Of a DNA stretch of 64,000 nt, positions 16,814 through 28,325 are shown piece by piece. Source of the stretch: Bacillota bacterium (GTDB lineage Bacteria > Bacillota > Clostridia > Oscillospirales > SIG627); NCBI GenBank assembly GCA_029006345.1, contig JAQXGK010000073.1:13822-77821 (forward strand). The letters run 5' to 3'. The first letter of the stretch is position 1, and each line of letters opens with the position of its first letter. The notes under the pieces are model-generated. The model was given only the letters and a program-made list of their open reading frames with translations. It was not told the origin of the DNA and made no database searches. A program made the position numbers and the translations under genes.

Positions 16814-17848
16814 TCATTTTATAACTCCGCCGAAAAGCAGTCTGTCGTCGGAGTAAAATACCGCAGACTGACCGCGGGCCGAAAGCCGCGAGGGTGATAA
16901 AAGCCGCACGCTTGCCGTGCCGTCAGACACCGTCACCCGGGCGTGTGCGGGCGGCTGACGGTACCTTAGCTTGACACAGCACTCCAGCTCGCCTTCAAAC
17001 TCAGCGATTCCGGAAAAATTCAGATTTCCGACAGTAACGGCGTCGGCAATACAGTCGTCATCATATCCGAGTACAATATTTCCGCTTGCGGCGTCCACTG
17101 ACAGCACATATGCACGCCGCCCCAGGGAGATATCAAGCCCCCTGCGCTGTCCCACGGTATATCTGAATATACCTTTGTGACGTCCCAGAACCCTTCCGTT
17201 TATATCGACGAAGTTTCCTTCCCGCAATATGGGATTATCATTATCGCCGATTCGCTTTTGTATAAAAGATACATAGTCGTTATCCGGCACAAAGCATATC
17301 TCGTTGCTCTCCCTTGTATCGACAGGCACAATGTCCGAGCAAAACTGCTTTACCTCCTTCTTGACCGTTCCGGCAAGCGGAGTAAGTATGCGCGAGAGCT
17401 GCTTTTGTGTTAACTGCCAGAGAAAATACGACTGGTCCTTGGAGGCATCCTTGCCGCGCGAAACATAATATCTTCCGCTCTGTCGGTCAAACGACACTCC
17501 GGCATAATGTCCGGTGGCGACCTTATCTATACCGAGCCGGTCCGCGAAAGATATGAGAGATGCGAATTTCATGGTCCTGTTGCATCTCGCACACGGATTC
17601 GGCGTTCTGCCCTCAGTATATTCCCTGACAAAATAATCTATGACATTTCGCTCAAAATCCGCTCTGCAATCATATATGTGAAGCGGCACACCCAGCCGTT
17701 TTGCAACAATTTCCGCCCTGTCCGGGGCCGATTGGTCAAAAAACCGCAGAAAACAAGCCGTTACATCGTATCCCTCATCCATCAATATACGACAGCAGGC
17801 GGCGCTGTCAACGCCGCCCGATAGTCCGACGAGAACCGTCTTTTTCAT
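16814..17848 (-). CDS. mnmA: tRNA 2-thiouridine(34) synthase MnmA
   Basis: PP-loop VLVGLSGGVDSA, plus ATGHYA and the catalytic Cys region (NPCARCN). The ATG at 17848 (5 nt after the nifU stop) is preferred over the ORF-track TTG at 17869. Confidence 0.9.
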   Translation of the reverse strand: MKKTVLVGLSGGVDSAACCRILMDEGYDVTACFLRFFDQSAPDRAEIVAKRLGVPLHIYDCRADFERNVIDYFVREYTEGRTPNPCARCNRTMKFASLISFADRLGIDKVATGHYAGVSFDRQSGRYYVSRGKDASKDQSYFLWQLTQKQLSRILTPLAGTVKKEVKQFCSDIVPVDTRESNEICFVPDNDYVSFIQKRIGDNDNPILREGNFVDINGRVLGRHKGIFRYTVGQRRGLDISLGRRAYVLSVDAASGNIVLGYDDDCIADAVTVGNLNFSGIAEFEGELECCVKLRYRQPPAHARVTVSDGTASVRLLSPSRLSARGQSAVFYSDDRLLFGGVIK

Positions 17849-17853
17849 AGCCT

Positions 17854-18282
17854 TTACGCTTTTCCGCAATGGTCGCAGCAGCCGTCGCAGCCGGTCTCGA
17901 AATCTATTTCTCTGCCCTGCTTCTTATAATAATCCGCAAGAGCCGCCTTTATAGCCTCCTCAGCAAGCACCGAACAGTGAATCTTCTGCGGAGGAAGTCC
18001 GTCGAGAGCCTCAACAACAGCCTTGTTCGAAAGCTCAACTGCTTCCGAAACCTTCTTGCCCTTAATCAGCTCTGTCGCCATCGAACTGGTGGCTATGGCA
18101 GACGCGCAGCCGAAGGTCTTGAACTTGCAATCGACGATTACATCGTTTTCTATCTTGAGATACATCTTCATGATGTCGCCGCACTTTGCGTTGCCGACCT
18201 CTCCGATTCCGTCTGCGTCGGGAATTTCACCGACATTTCTCGGATTCATGAAGTGATCCATAACCTTTTCGGTATATTCCAT
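17854..18282 (-). CDS. nifU: Fe-S cluster assembly scaffold, NifU/IscU N-terminal-domain type
   Basis: Three conserved scaffold cysteines are in canonical context (GNAKCGD, FKTFGCASAIA, KIHCSVLAEEA). There is an extra Cys-rich C-terminal tail. Confidence 0.9.
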   Translation of the reverse strand: MEYTEKVMDHFMNPRNVGEIPDADGIGEVGNAKCGDIMKMYLKIENDVIVDCKFKTFGCASAIATSSMATELIKGKKVSEAVELSNKAVVEALDGLPPQKIHCSVLAEEAIKAALADYYKKQGREIDFETGCDGCCDHCGKA

Positions 18283-18308
18283 TTATCTTTCTCTCCTTCC
18301 GTCAGGCC

Positions 18309-19493
18309 TTATTTATTATTCTTGAGATAATCCTCATAGAGAGGACTCATCTGTCTGAGCTTGTCTACAACCTTTGCCGTGCAGTCTGCGATATACTCTA
18401 CATCCTCGTCGGTGTTATCGATATCGAGGGTGAGTCTGAGTGAGCCGTGAGCCTTTTCGTGCGGCAGTCCGATAGCCAGCAGAACGTGGGACGGATCAAG
18501 CGAAGCCGTCGAGCAGGCCGAACCGGTAGAAGCGCATATACCGAAGCTGTCGAGCCACAGAATCAGCGATTCTCCCTCAATAAATTCAAAGGAAACATTA
18601 AGGTTGCCGGGCAATCTATTGTATCTGTCGCCGTTTAATCTCGAGTTAGGTATCTTCAAAAGCAGATCGCACAGCTTGTCGCGAAGAGCGCGTATCTCCT
18701 CCCGCTTTGCCAATCCCTCCGGAGAGGTCATGTATTCAAGCGCGCGCGCCATGCCGATGGCTCCCGGAACATTCTCGGTACCGGAGCGTCTTCGGCTCTC
18801 CTGACCGCCGCCGTCGATGAGATTTGCTATCCTTGTTCCCTTTCTGATATAAAGAGCGCCTATCCCTCTCGGAGCATGTATCTTATGACCGGACATTGAC
18901 ATGAGGTCCACCCCGAGCTCGCCTACATTTATATCAACATGTGCAAGAGCCTGAACCGCGTCGGTAAAGAACACCGCTTTCCGTTCGTGCGCTATGGCTG
19001 CAAGCTCCTTTATCGGCTGAATGGTGCCGATTTCGTTGTTGGCAAACATAACAGCAACAAGTACGGTGTCGTCGCGCAGCGCCGCGCGCAAATCCTCGGG
19101 GCGCACAATGCCGTTTTCGTAAACGTCAAGATAAGTTACCTCATAGCCCTGTTTTTCAAGCGCTTTGAGCGAATTCAATACCGCCGGATGCTCTATCTTG
19201 GTGGTGATAATATGCTTGCCCTTGTTGACGTTTGCGGCGGCAACGCCCTTTATCGCCCAGTTATCGCTTTCGGTTCCTCCCGAGGTGAAGTAGAGCTCGC
19301 CCGCGTCACAGCCGATAATGTTCGCGATACGCCCTCTCGCGCTGTCCAGCGCGTGCTTTGCGTCTCTTCCCTTTCCGTAGAGACTGGACGGATTTCCGTA
19401 GCATTCCGTAAAATACGGAAGCATTTCTTGTTTAACTTCGTCGATAACGCGGGTAGTGGCCGCATTGTCGGCATATATAAATTTCTCTGCCAT
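18309..19493 (-). CDS. nifS: Cysteine desulfurase NifS (class I)
   Basis: PLP-lysine context SMSGHKIHAPRGIGALY and an active-site loop STGSACS; 394 aa. Confidence 0.9.
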   Translation of the reverse strand: MAEKFIYADNAATTRVIDEVKQEMLPYFTECYGNPSSLYGKGRDAKHALDSARGRIANIIGCDAGELYFTSGGTESDNWAIKGVAAANVNKGKHIITTKIEHPAVLNSLKALEKQGYEVTYLDVYENGIVRPEDLRAALRDDTVLVAVMFANNEIGTIQPIKELAAIAHERKAVFFTDAVQALAHVDINVGELGVDLMSMSGHKIHAPRGIGALYIRKGTRIANLIDGGGQESRRRSGTENVPGAIGMARALEYMTSPEGLAKREEIRALRDKLCDLLLKIPNSRLNGDRYNRLPGNLNVSFEFIEGESLILWLDSFGICASTGSACSTASLDPSHVLLAIGLPHEKAHGSLRLTLDIDNTDEDVEYIADCTAKVVDKLRQMSPLYEDYLKNNK

Positions 19494-19527
19494 AGCCTTG
19501 CCTTTCTAACTAAACCTATCGGTAATA

Positions 19528-19556
19528 ATTCTATACTCATTTTTCGACATATGCAA
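19528..19556 (-). promoter_or_regulatory. Putative promoter of nifS-nifU-mnmA
   Basis: On the - strand: TTGCAT (19556-19551), a 17-nt spacer, then TAGAAT (19533-19528). It sits in the 79-nt gap between rnhA and nifS. Sequence-only prediction. Confidence 0.35.
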
Positions 19557-19572
19557 GTCCCAAAACGGTATT

Positions 19573-20022
19573 TTACTGCTCCGCCGGGGAATTTTTCTTT
19601 GACTGCGCCACGGCGAGAGCGTCGCAGCGTTCGTTGTACGGATGTCCGGCGTGTCCCTTTATCCAGCAGAACTTTACATTGTGCCGCGCAAGCAGAGGAA
19701 CCAGCCGCTCCCACAGCTCTCTGTTGAGCACAGCCGACTTGTCGGACTTCCGCCATCCGTTTTTGCGCCAGCTTTCAAGCCAGCCCTTTTCTATCGCGTC
19801 AACAACATACTTGGAATCGCTTGTCAGCTCCACCTCGCAGGGCTCCTTCAGCGCTTCAAGCGCAGTGATAACGGCAGTCAGCTCCATGCGGTTGTTGGTG
19901 GTTTCCCGCTCGCCGCCCGAAAGCTCCTTTTGTATTCCGTTGTAAACAAGCACCGCTCCCCAGCCCCCGGGGCCGGGATTGCCCGAGCAGGCGCCGTCCG
20001 TATAAATATTTACCTTCTTCAT
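19573..20022 (-). CDS. rnhA: Ribonuclease HI
   Basis: [27 protein letters not shown] and [14 protein letters not shown] match the RNase H type 1 DEDD core. The start overlaps the upstream stop by 4 nt. Confidence 0.9.
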   Translation of the reverse strand: MKKVNIYTDGACSGNPGPGGWGAVLVYNGIQKELSGGERETTNNRMELTAVITALEALKEPCEVELTSDSKYVVDAIEKGWLESWRKNGWRKSDKSAVLNRELWERLVPLLARHNVKFCWIKGHAGHPYNERCDALAVAQSKKNSPAEQ

Positions 20023-21146
20023 CTTCCGCTTCTCGTATATTCGCTTATTGCAGCATTTCCGATACGCCGTCTGAGTCTGTAGAGATCGCCGGATTCGCGC
20101 GTGAAGTGCACTCTGTTGGTCAGTATTATGAGATACATGCCTGTAGCGCGGTCAACAAAAAGCGACGTTCCGGTGAACCCGGTATGCCCGTATGAAAGAG
20201 GGCTGAAAAGCTCTCCGGTCGGGTACATCCCCTCATCCTTGAGCGCAAAGCCCAGACCGCGGTATTCCTCTCCCCATGGGGTTATGTTGGTTATCGCCGC
20301 GTCAAATGTGTTGCGGCTGAGAAAGCACCCGTTTGCAGTTGCGCCGTGATTGGCAAGCATCTCGGAAAAAATGCAGAGATCGTCAACACATGAAAAAACG
20401 CCTGCATTTGCCGATACGCCCCCTTGGAAGCGCGCGTTCTCGTCGTGAACCGTGCCGTCAATATACCTGCCGCTCGTCTCGTCATACTCCGTCGGCGCCG
20501 TCACCGAGTGAGCAAAGCGGGGATTTGTCTTGGGACAGTAGCCGGTCCTTTTCATCCCGAGCGGATCAAAAACAAGCTCTTGGGCAAGCACGTCGAGATT
20601 CTTCCCTGTTATACTCTCTATTATTTTTCCCAGCAAAATAAACCCCATACAGCTATACCGTACGTGTTCGCCGGTTTTATATTCAAGCGGCACGGATAGG
20701 ATTTTCTCCGTAACATAGGCTCCGATATCCCCGCCGGAATATCCCTTTGAAAGGTCGAAATACGGCGCTATTCCGCTCTGATGCGTCATAAGCTGCTTTA
20801 CCGAAATGCCGCCCTTGTCGTATGACTTTTCAAAAAACATATTCACAGTGTCGGACAGACAGAGCTCGCCCATTTCCACCAGTCTGAGAGCCACCATAGA
20901 GGTCGAAATAAGCTTTGACAGCGACGCCATATCATATACCGTATCAAGGGTCGCCGCAACACTTCCGTCATAACTGCGGTCCGGATGAACCCCCTTGGGC
21001 TTTACCGTGTCGGGATAATAGCGGGAAAGTCCGAAGGCCCTCTTATATATTGTTCCGCCGCAATCTCCTATTGCGATTACCGCAGAAGGGATTCCTCCCG
21101 CAGAAATGCTGTCGTTTACCAGTTTTTCAATCACCGTAAAATTCAT
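20019..21146 (-). CDS. Serine hydrolase, beta-lactamase/class C PBP-like family
   Basis: SxxK motif in [10 protein letters not shown] and a transpeptidase-fold pattern (HTGFTGTS near the C-terminus). The start is uncertain (ATGs at 21173, 21167, 21146); 21146 has AGGA 8 nt upstream. Confidence 0.75.
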   Translation of the reverse strand: MNFTVIEKLVNDSISAGGIPSAVIAIGDCGGTIYKRAFGLSRYYPDTVKPKGVHPDRSYDGSVAATLDTVYDMASLSKLISTSMVALRLVEMGELCLSDTVNMFFEKSYDKGGISVKQLMTHQSGIAPYFDLSKGYSGGDIGAYVTEKILSVPLEYKTGEHVRYSCMGFILLGKIIESITGKNLDVLAQELVFDPLGMKRTGYCPKTNPRFAHSVTAPTEYDETSGRYIDGTVHDENARFQGGVSANAGVFSCVDDLCIFSEMLANHGATANGCFLSRNTFDAAITNITPWGEEYRGLGFALKDEGMYPTGELFSPLSYGHTGFTGTSLFVDRATGMYLIILTNRVHFTRESGDLYRLRRRIGNAAISEYTRSGR

Positions 21147-21242
21147 CGTAAGAATCCTGACGTACATATTCATTCATACGCATTTTCATCGTACATTTCA
21201 GTATTGTAACACAAACAGAAGCCGAATTCAACTTGCATGCGT

Positions 21243-21300
21243 AAAAAAATGCACCGGCACAGGCCAGGTATCCCTACGGGTACTTGTCCTATGCCGGCGC
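21243..21300 (-). terminator. Rho-independent terminator downstream of the DUF624-like gene
   Basis: A roughly 24-bp imperfect hairpin (21251-21273 pairing with 21278-21300, 3 mismatches, loop CTAC). On the - strand it is followed by T7 (complement of A-run 21243-21249). Confidence 0.6.
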
Positions 21301-21390
21301 TTTTAATTGCCGATTGTTCATGAGGGTTGAAAATCATGCATAGAACCCGATTCTTTGCACTCTTTCCGCTCGCATACGATACTAAAAAAA

Positions 21391-22362
21391 TCAGCCGCGG
21401 TCAACAAATATCGGTTCCTCCTCGTCAAGGCCGGAGTCATCCTCTTCTTCGTAATACGGGTCTATCATAAATGTCTTTACCACCGGATAAGCGGCGTAGG
21501 TTGCTATAAAACAGCAAAGCCCGAAGGTCAGGATAAAGGGCAGTGCGGCGCCTATCGGAGTAATGAAGAGGAACAGAAGGTAGTTGATCACAAATACAAG
21601 CAGTATCGCAAGAGTTGCCGCGATATTGCGCTTAATGCCGACCAGCGCGAGAATAAATGAATTCTTGACTATCTTGCGGATCGAAAGCTTAAAGGTAACC
21701 AGTATCAGGTACATGTAGTACCTCATCATAAAATATATTGCCGCTATTATAAGCGCCACCCAGAAAAACGCCTGCATAAAAAAGCTCTGATTCATATTGA
21801 ACCTGAAGAAATAGACGTCGTATATCAGCAGGAACATCAAGCCTATATCTATAATGCCCATAGGCAGCGCCTGGCGCCAGTTCTTGCCGATTATTCTGAA
21901 ATAGTCTCCCACAATGTCGACGTGAGAGGCTGTAGTGTAGTTGCGCATCATATATACTATTGCCGTGCAGGATATGCCGAAGGTCAGCAGTACCAACAGG
22001 CCGAGAGCATACAGTACATATGTCGTTGTACTGGGATATCCGGAGTTCATCTCACTCCCGAAAACCCCGTAGAGAGCCATATACACGGGACTTTTGTTGC
22101 CCATTGCGGCATACATTGTCTGATACATCATGCTTGCCGGTGCTCTGAAGGGTATATCGTAGTTGCCGGTAAGACCCAGCAAAACAAAAAACACCGGAAA
22201 ATTCAAGGCAACCGTCATCAGATTGAGCGTGACTATCTGCCAGAACTTGTTCCCGAGCTGCTTGAAAAAACGCACGACGGTAAATTTTTTCTCAGCATCC
22301 GTCTTTTTTACGCCGGGACCCTCTTTTGAGTAATTGTAAAAGGCGTTAAATAATTTTCCCAA
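21391..22362 (-). CDS. Polytopic membrane protein, YesL/DUF624-like
   Basis: 323 aa with about 6 TM segments. The TTG start at 22362 has GGAG 7 nt upstream. The N-terminal pattern and size resemble the DUF624 (YesL) family; the acidic C-terminus is EEEDDSGLDEEE. Weak family-level call. Confidence 0.5.
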   Translation of the reverse strand: MGKLFNAFYNYSKEGPGVKKTDAEKKFTVVRFFKQLGNKFWQIVTLNLMTVALNFPVFFVLLGLTGNYDIPFRAPASMMYQTMYAAMGNKSPVYMALYGVFGSEMNSGYPSTTTYVLYALGLLVLLTFGISCTAIVYMMRNYTTASHVDIVGDYFRIIGKNWRQALPMGIIDIGLMFLLIYDVYFFRFNMNQSFFMQAFFWVALIIAAIYFMMRYYMYLILVTFKLSIRKIVKNSFILALVGIKRNIAATLAILLVFVINYLLFLFITPIGAALPFILTFGLCCFIATYAAYPVVKTFMIDPYYEEEDDSGLDEEEPIFVDRG

Positions 22363-22381
22363 TTTTTATCTCCGCTTCCGA

Positions 22382-23266
22382 TCAAAAGGACTTTGCCCTC
22401 GGATGATGCTTAATAAGCTCATCCTTTGATTTGACCTTCAGATATTTTATGTATTCTTTAATGGTCGCACTGCCGAGATTACCCATTATCTCCTGAACAT
22501 CCTTGGCGTCCGCACCGTTTTCAAGCAAATGCGCCGCGAATGAATGTCTCAGGGTATGGGGACTGATATTCCGGGTAATACCCGCGCTTTCCGCATAGTT
22601 CTTCAGTATTTTCCAAAAGCCCTGACGCGTCATTCTTCCGCCGTCAACATTGAGGAAAAGCGCCGTCTGGGTGTCACTGCCGTTCAAAAGATACCGGGCA
22701 GTCTCAATGTAATTTTTCAGACTCCGCGAGGCTATCGGATACAGCGCGATGGTTCGCTCCCTTTTTGCGCTTCGGCACACCACTATACCGGTCTTTGTAT
22801 TGACATCTCCCAAATCAAGCGCGAGCAGCTCGCTCACCCTCATGCCTGTCGCATACAGCATCTCGAGCATGGCTTTGTCGCGTATCCCCTTGAAATCAAA
22901 GACGCTGGGCTGTGAAAGCAGCTCCTCGACCTCACGCTTGGTCAGAATGGCAATTTCGTGGGTATCGTAGGTCTCGCTTTTGACCTTCGCAAACGGATTT
23001 GATTCGCATACGCCGCCATCTACGAGAAAAGCGTAAAAGGTGCGTAATACCGACATTCTGCGTTTTATCGTCGCGCAGGTCAGATCCTCCTTCATATCCT
23101 TCACATAGTAATTTGCATCGGAAAGCGATATCTCGCAAGGATGGTTTTTACCGCGCCGCGCGAAAAAATCACGGAAAGCAGTCAGGTCCCGCCTGTATGC
23201 CGCAATGGTATTGCCCGAGGATTTTTCGCTGCGCGATTCCAAGTATGATTCGATATATTCGTCCAT
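22382..23266 (-). CDS. xerD: Tyrosine recombinase, XerC/XerD family
   Basis: ATGMRVSEL (Arg I), HTLRHSFAAHLLENGAD (His/Arg II), a C-terminal Tyr in KEYIKY and the XerD-like end HHPRA. No phage or IS context. Confidence 0.8.
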   Translation of the reverse strand: MDEYIESYLESRSEKSSGNTIAAYRRDLTAFRDFFARRGKNHPCEISLSDANYYVKDMKEDLTCATIKRRMSVLRTFYAFLVDGGVCESNPFAKVKSETYDTHEIAILTKREVEELLSQPSVFDFKGIRDKAMLEMLYATGMRVSELLALDLGDVNTKTGIVVCRSAKRERTIALYPIASRSLKNYIETARYLLNGSDTQTALFLNVDGGRMTRQGFWKILKNYAESAGITRNISPHTLRHSFAAHLLENGADAKDVQEIMGNLGSATIKEYIKYLKVKSKDELIKHHPRAKSF

Positions 23267-23298
23267 TTTTAATGTCCGCGGCTTTCAAACCGTCCTTT

Positions 23299-23964
23299 CT
23301 AAAGAATAACGAGCAGCGCAAGCGCTGTCGGAAGATATATGATATATGCGGCAGCAACCGCAATCAAAAGCGCCGCCGTATAGCTGAAGAGAAATCGCAG
23401 ATTTACCGTGTTTCGGTACATAACGGAGTTGAACAGAAGACCTCCGAAGCACCTGCCCTCCTCATCGACATTATCTCCGGCCATAAAAAGCTTGTCGGAA
23501 TACAGTCTCAGAGACACCGTGCAGGCAAAGGCCGCGTACATCAGATATACAGCCGCCTCAAGCAGCACCGAAACGCACCATACGCACTCAGCCGGCAGTC
23601 CGGACTGGCCTGAAATCATGAGAGACAGATCTCCTCCTGCAAAAAAGCCGAGCACCGCCGCTCCGAACGCTCCCGCGGGCGGTGCCCACACCGTCACACC
23701 CAGAGCAAAAACACCGAGATAAACAAGTACTTTTTTAGACAGCAGTATCCATGCCGAGTAAAAAACGAGCTTGGCGGATATCTCGCCCCCGAAGGCCGAC
23801 GGAGAGCCGCCGTTCGGGCTCACCCTGCCCGATATTATACCCGCCGCAAATGCTGCGGCGAAAACGCACAAATATATATAAAAGCTTATCCGATACGCAC
23901 GGTATCGCCTACCGAAGCTCTCCCTTGAATAGTGCTTTACAAACGCCATACGCTCATCCTTCAC
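23299..23964 (-). CDS. Integral membrane protein, possibly SpoIIM-like
   Basis: 221 aa with about 5 TM segments, immediately upstream of the xerD-like gene (in B. subtilis, spoIIM lies near ripX/xerD). No diagnostic motif was recognised, so the function is tentative. Confidence 0.35.
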   Translation of the reverse strand: MKDERMAFVKHYSRESFGRRYRAYRISFYIYLCVFAAAFAAGIISGRVSPNGGSPSAFGGEISAKLVFYSAWILLSKKVLVYLGVFALGVTVWAPPAGAFGAAVLGFFAGGDLSLMISGQSGLPAECVWCVSVLLEAAVYLMYAAFACTVSLRLYSDKLFMAGDNVDEEGRCFGGLLFNSVMYRNTVNLRFLFSYTAALLIAVAAAYIIYLPTALALLVIL

Positions 23965-24060
23965 ACAGTTATATTAACTAATATGAAGAACCCGCCGCTT
24001 TTATTCTTGCCCGTGGCGGCGCTGACGGCAGCGACAGGCACTGTATTTATCCGCGGTAAA

Positions 24061-24861
24061 TCACTGTGCTAGCTCATCGGCACGCTTGGTGCAGGCCTTC
24101 ATGGCGTCCTTGACGGTCTGCGCAAAGTCCCGAGCCTCAAATACATCGAGAGCCGCGCGAGTGGTGCCGCCCTTGCTTGTTACCATATCAATAAGAGCCT
24201 GCGGCTGCATGCCGGTGCCCCTTATCATGGCCGCCGCGCCCTCAAGCACATCGGCCGCAAGCAAAAACGAATCGTCGGCATCAAAGCCCTGCTCTGCCGC
24301 GCCCTCCGCCATTGCCTTTGCAAGCAGAAAAGCGTACGCAGGACTTGAGCTTGTCAGGGATATAATCGCGTTCATCTGCCGCTCGTCATATTCCCTGACC
24401 GCGCCGAGGCAGGAGAATATTTTTTTTATCTTCTCATACACCTCTTTGTCGACGTCGTCGGCTCGCGAAATAGCACATATACCCTTGCCCATAAGCATCG
24501 GGGTGTTGGGCATTACCCTTACCACGCGCGCGCTTTTGCCGAGCGAACGCTTGATATATTCGGTAGATATTCCGGCCGCTATAGTGACAAATGTCTTTCC
24601 CTCAAAATTGTCTCTTCCGATATTCTTCTCAAGGGATGACAGTACATCTGGAAAGCAATTCGGCTTGACCGCGAGAAAAATAATACTTTCTCCCTTCACA
24701 AGCTCCGCCTCGGAGGTATATACCCTCGCCCCGGCAAACCGCGCCGCCTTTTCGGCAACCGGGTCATACAGTCCCAGCTCCCGTGCGGTGCAAATATTGT
24801 TTTTCAGTATTCCGGAAGCTATGGCGCCCGCCATGTTTCCTACTCCGATAAACCCGATCAT
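24061..24861 (-). CDS. proC: Pyrroline-5-carboxylate reductase
   Basis: N-terminal Rossmann IGFIGVGNMAGAI and a C-terminal dimerisation-domain pattern (SSSPAYAFLLAKAMAEGA, VTSKGGTT). AGGAG lies 9 nt upstream. Confidence 0.9.
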   Translation of the reverse strand: MIGFIGVGNMAGAIASGILKNNICTARELGLYDPVAEKAARFAGARVYTSEAELVKGESIIFLAVKPNCFPDVLSSLEKNIGRDNFEGKTFVTIAAGISTEYIKRSLGKSARVVRVMPNTPMLMGKGICAISRADDVDKEVYEKIKKIFSCLGAVREYDERQMNAIISLTSSSPAYAFLLAKAMAEGAAEQGFDADDSFLLAADVLEGAAAMIRGTGMQPQALIDMVTSKGGTTRAALDVFEARDFAQTVKDAMKACTKRADELAQ

Positions 24862-25143
24862 TTATAATATCTCCTAAGCCGAAAATGACATTCCCAAACA
24901 AAAAAAGCTCATAAACCACCGTCTCCGAAAATATGCAAAACGGCGATTTATGTAAATTCGATTTTTTTACTGTGTGTCTAATATAATACTACAAAAATCT
25001 GCTCAGTTCAATACTTTTTAAGTTCGGACGGCATTTTCGTAAAGAATAACGAAAATGCCCGACAATTCTTTTTCGAAAAGTTATGTCAACCTAAGCTCCG
25101 CGGCAACATGTTGTGTTTCGCATTGAACGGGAATACTTTATGT

Positions 25144-25179
25144 TGGAAAAATAAGCGGCGGCGCAATTAACGCCGCCGC
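25144..25179 (-). terminator. Rho-independent terminator of ligA
   Basis: 9-bp GC stem GCGGCGGCG (25155-25163) / CGCCGCCGC (25171-25179). On the - strand it is followed by TTATTTTT. Confidence 0.65.
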
Positions 25180-25238
25180 CGCAAAAATTTACAATTTTTA
25201 TTAAAACTTCACAAATTCCGCCGGCCGGCCGACGGGTG

Positions 25239-27227
<1,989 letters not shown>

Positions 27228-27319
27228 TTAGCCTTTCCGCGGGCGCTTTTGCCCCGACAGCGCTGTTTGCTTATACGCTTGATTTTATCATTTTACAAAA
27301 CCCGTGTCAACAATAACGG

Positions 27320-27348
27320 TTGCACTTTGAGTGCGGTAATGCTATAAT
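27320..27348 (+). promoter_or_regulatory. Putative sigma-A promoter of ribF
   Basis: TTGCAC (27320-27325), a 17-nt spacer, then TATAAT (27343-27348). It overlaps the ORF-track start, arguing that the real start is downstream. Confidence 0.5.
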
Positions 27349-27382
27349 GGTTATAAATATATTATTCTCCCGGAGAATCAGT

Positions 27383-28309
27383 TTGAAAACACTTGACAAT
27401 ACGAAAAATGTCAATATTTCCGCCTCCGCGGTTGCTCTCGGAAATTTCGACGGACTGCACATCGGACACATCAAGCTCATAGATGAAATACTGTACCACT
27501 CAAAGCGGGAAAATATCCCGAGCGTGGTATGGAGCTTCCGTCAGCACCCCGAGAATATGATTCGCGGCGATATCACGGTCAAACGGATAACCACTCTCGA
27601 CGAAAAAGCCGAACTGCTCTCGTCAAAGGGGGTAGACTATCTCGTGCTGGAGGATTTCAACGCCGTCCGCGACCTTTCGCCCGACGAATTCATAAAAAAT
27701 ATTCTGATAGACGGCCTGCACGCGCGCCTTGTCGTAGTCGGCTTCAATTTCCGCTTCGGCAAAAACGCCGCCGGGACCTCGGAGTATCTTTCAAACGAGC
27801 TGAAAAAATACGGCGTCACGGTTAAGATTATTCCTCCGGTAATATACGGAGACACGCTTGTCAGCTCGTCCGTGATACGCGCTCTGATAGAAAACGGCAG
27901 CATGGAACAGGCGGCTCTGTTGCTCGGGCGTCCGTTCTTCATCAGCTTTCCCGTTATTCACGGCCGAGCGTTCGGCAGAACAATCGGCATACCGACTATC
28001 AATCAGCTTTTTCCTGACGACCATATCGTTCCGGAGCGCGGCGTGTATGCGACTGCCTGCCACATTGACGGGCTCCCCTATCTCGGCGTATGCAATGTCG
28101 GCGTCCGTCCGACCGTATCGAATGCGGAAACCGTTACCTGCGAAACGCACATAATAGATTTTGTCGGCAGTCTTTACGGCCAGAATATCAGGGTGGAATT
28201 CTATAAAAAGCTGAGAAGCGAGACAAAATTTTCATCAGTAGATAAGCTACAGGATCAGATAAAGCGCGATATAGAGGAAACCAAGAGCTACTATAACTTA
28301 CATTTCTGA
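27383..28309 (+). CDS. ribF: Bifunctional riboflavin kinase / FAD synthetase
   Basis: ALGNFDGLHIGH nucleotidyltransferase motif and a C-terminal riboflavin kinase domain (GIPTINQ, GVCNVGVRPT). The TTG at 27383 has GGAG 7 nt upstream and lies downstream of the predicted promoter. Confidence 0.9.
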   Translation: MKTLDNTKNVNISASAVALGNFDGLHIGHIKLIDEILYHSKRENIPSVVWSFRQHPENMIRGDITVKRITTLDEKAELLSSKGVDYLVLEDFNAVRDLSPDEFIKNILIDGLHARLVVVGFNFRFGKNAAGTSEYLSNELKKYGVTVKIIPPVIYGDTLVSSSVIRALIENGSMEQAALLLGRPFFISFPVIHGRAFGRTIGIPTINQLFPDDHIVPERGVYATACHIDGLPYLGVCNVGVRPTVSNAETVTCETHIIDFVGSLYGQNIRVEFYKKLRSETKFSSVDKLQDQIKRDIEETKSYYNLHF

Positions 28310-28325
28310 AAAGGAATAAAGGATT

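Noticed and set aside
19250-19756. 168-aa - strand ORF spanning the rnhA 3' end, the intergenic gap and the nifS 5' end.
   Set aside because: It is out of frame with both well-supported genes, its translation is Arg/Ala-rich and low-complexity, and it would run across the predicted nifS promoter.
21262-21292. Sequence similarity between the terminator hairpin core here (GGTATCCCTACGGGTACTTGTCCTAT) and the hairpin at 34470-34497 (GTGTATCCTCACGGGTACTTGGCCTGT), considered as a dispersed repeat family.
   Set aside because: There are only two copies of about 26 nt, with several mismatches and an indel. A rough estimate suggests matches of this quality can arise by chance among all position pairs in 64 kb. 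Both are adequately explained as independent hairpins, and a whole-genome search would be needed to revive the idea.
22382-23266. The tyrosine recombinase as a marker of an integrated mobile element or genomic island.
   Set aside because: There are no flanking phage, IS or conjugation genes, no att-like repeats and no tRNA. The C-terminus is XerD-like (HHPRA) and the neighbours are housekeeping genes, so it is treated as the chromosomal dimer-resolution recombinase.
24862-25238. Possible T-box or other riboswitch in the 377-nt region upstream of proC, including a 10-bp hairpin at 25030-25059.
   Set aside because: No T-box consensus (GGTGGTACCGCG-like), specifier-loop architecture or terminator/antiterminator pair was found on the - strand. 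A plausible promoter (TTGAAC, 17 nt, TATTAT) leaves a leader of only about 125 nt with weak structure. The 25030-25059 hairpin lies upstream of that promoter and lacks a T-tract on the relevant strand.
27320-27382. ORF-track N-terminal extensions of ribF, and similarly of nifJ (38020), rfbB (33088), ldcA (37851), spoVG (57780), the PHP gene (52562), mnmA (17869), the first permease (13054) and the PP-loop gene (62697).
   Set aside because: These extensions start at TTG/GTG or ATG codons without an SD and, for ribF, overlap the predicted -35/-10. Downstream starts with good SD spacing give N-termini matching the known families.
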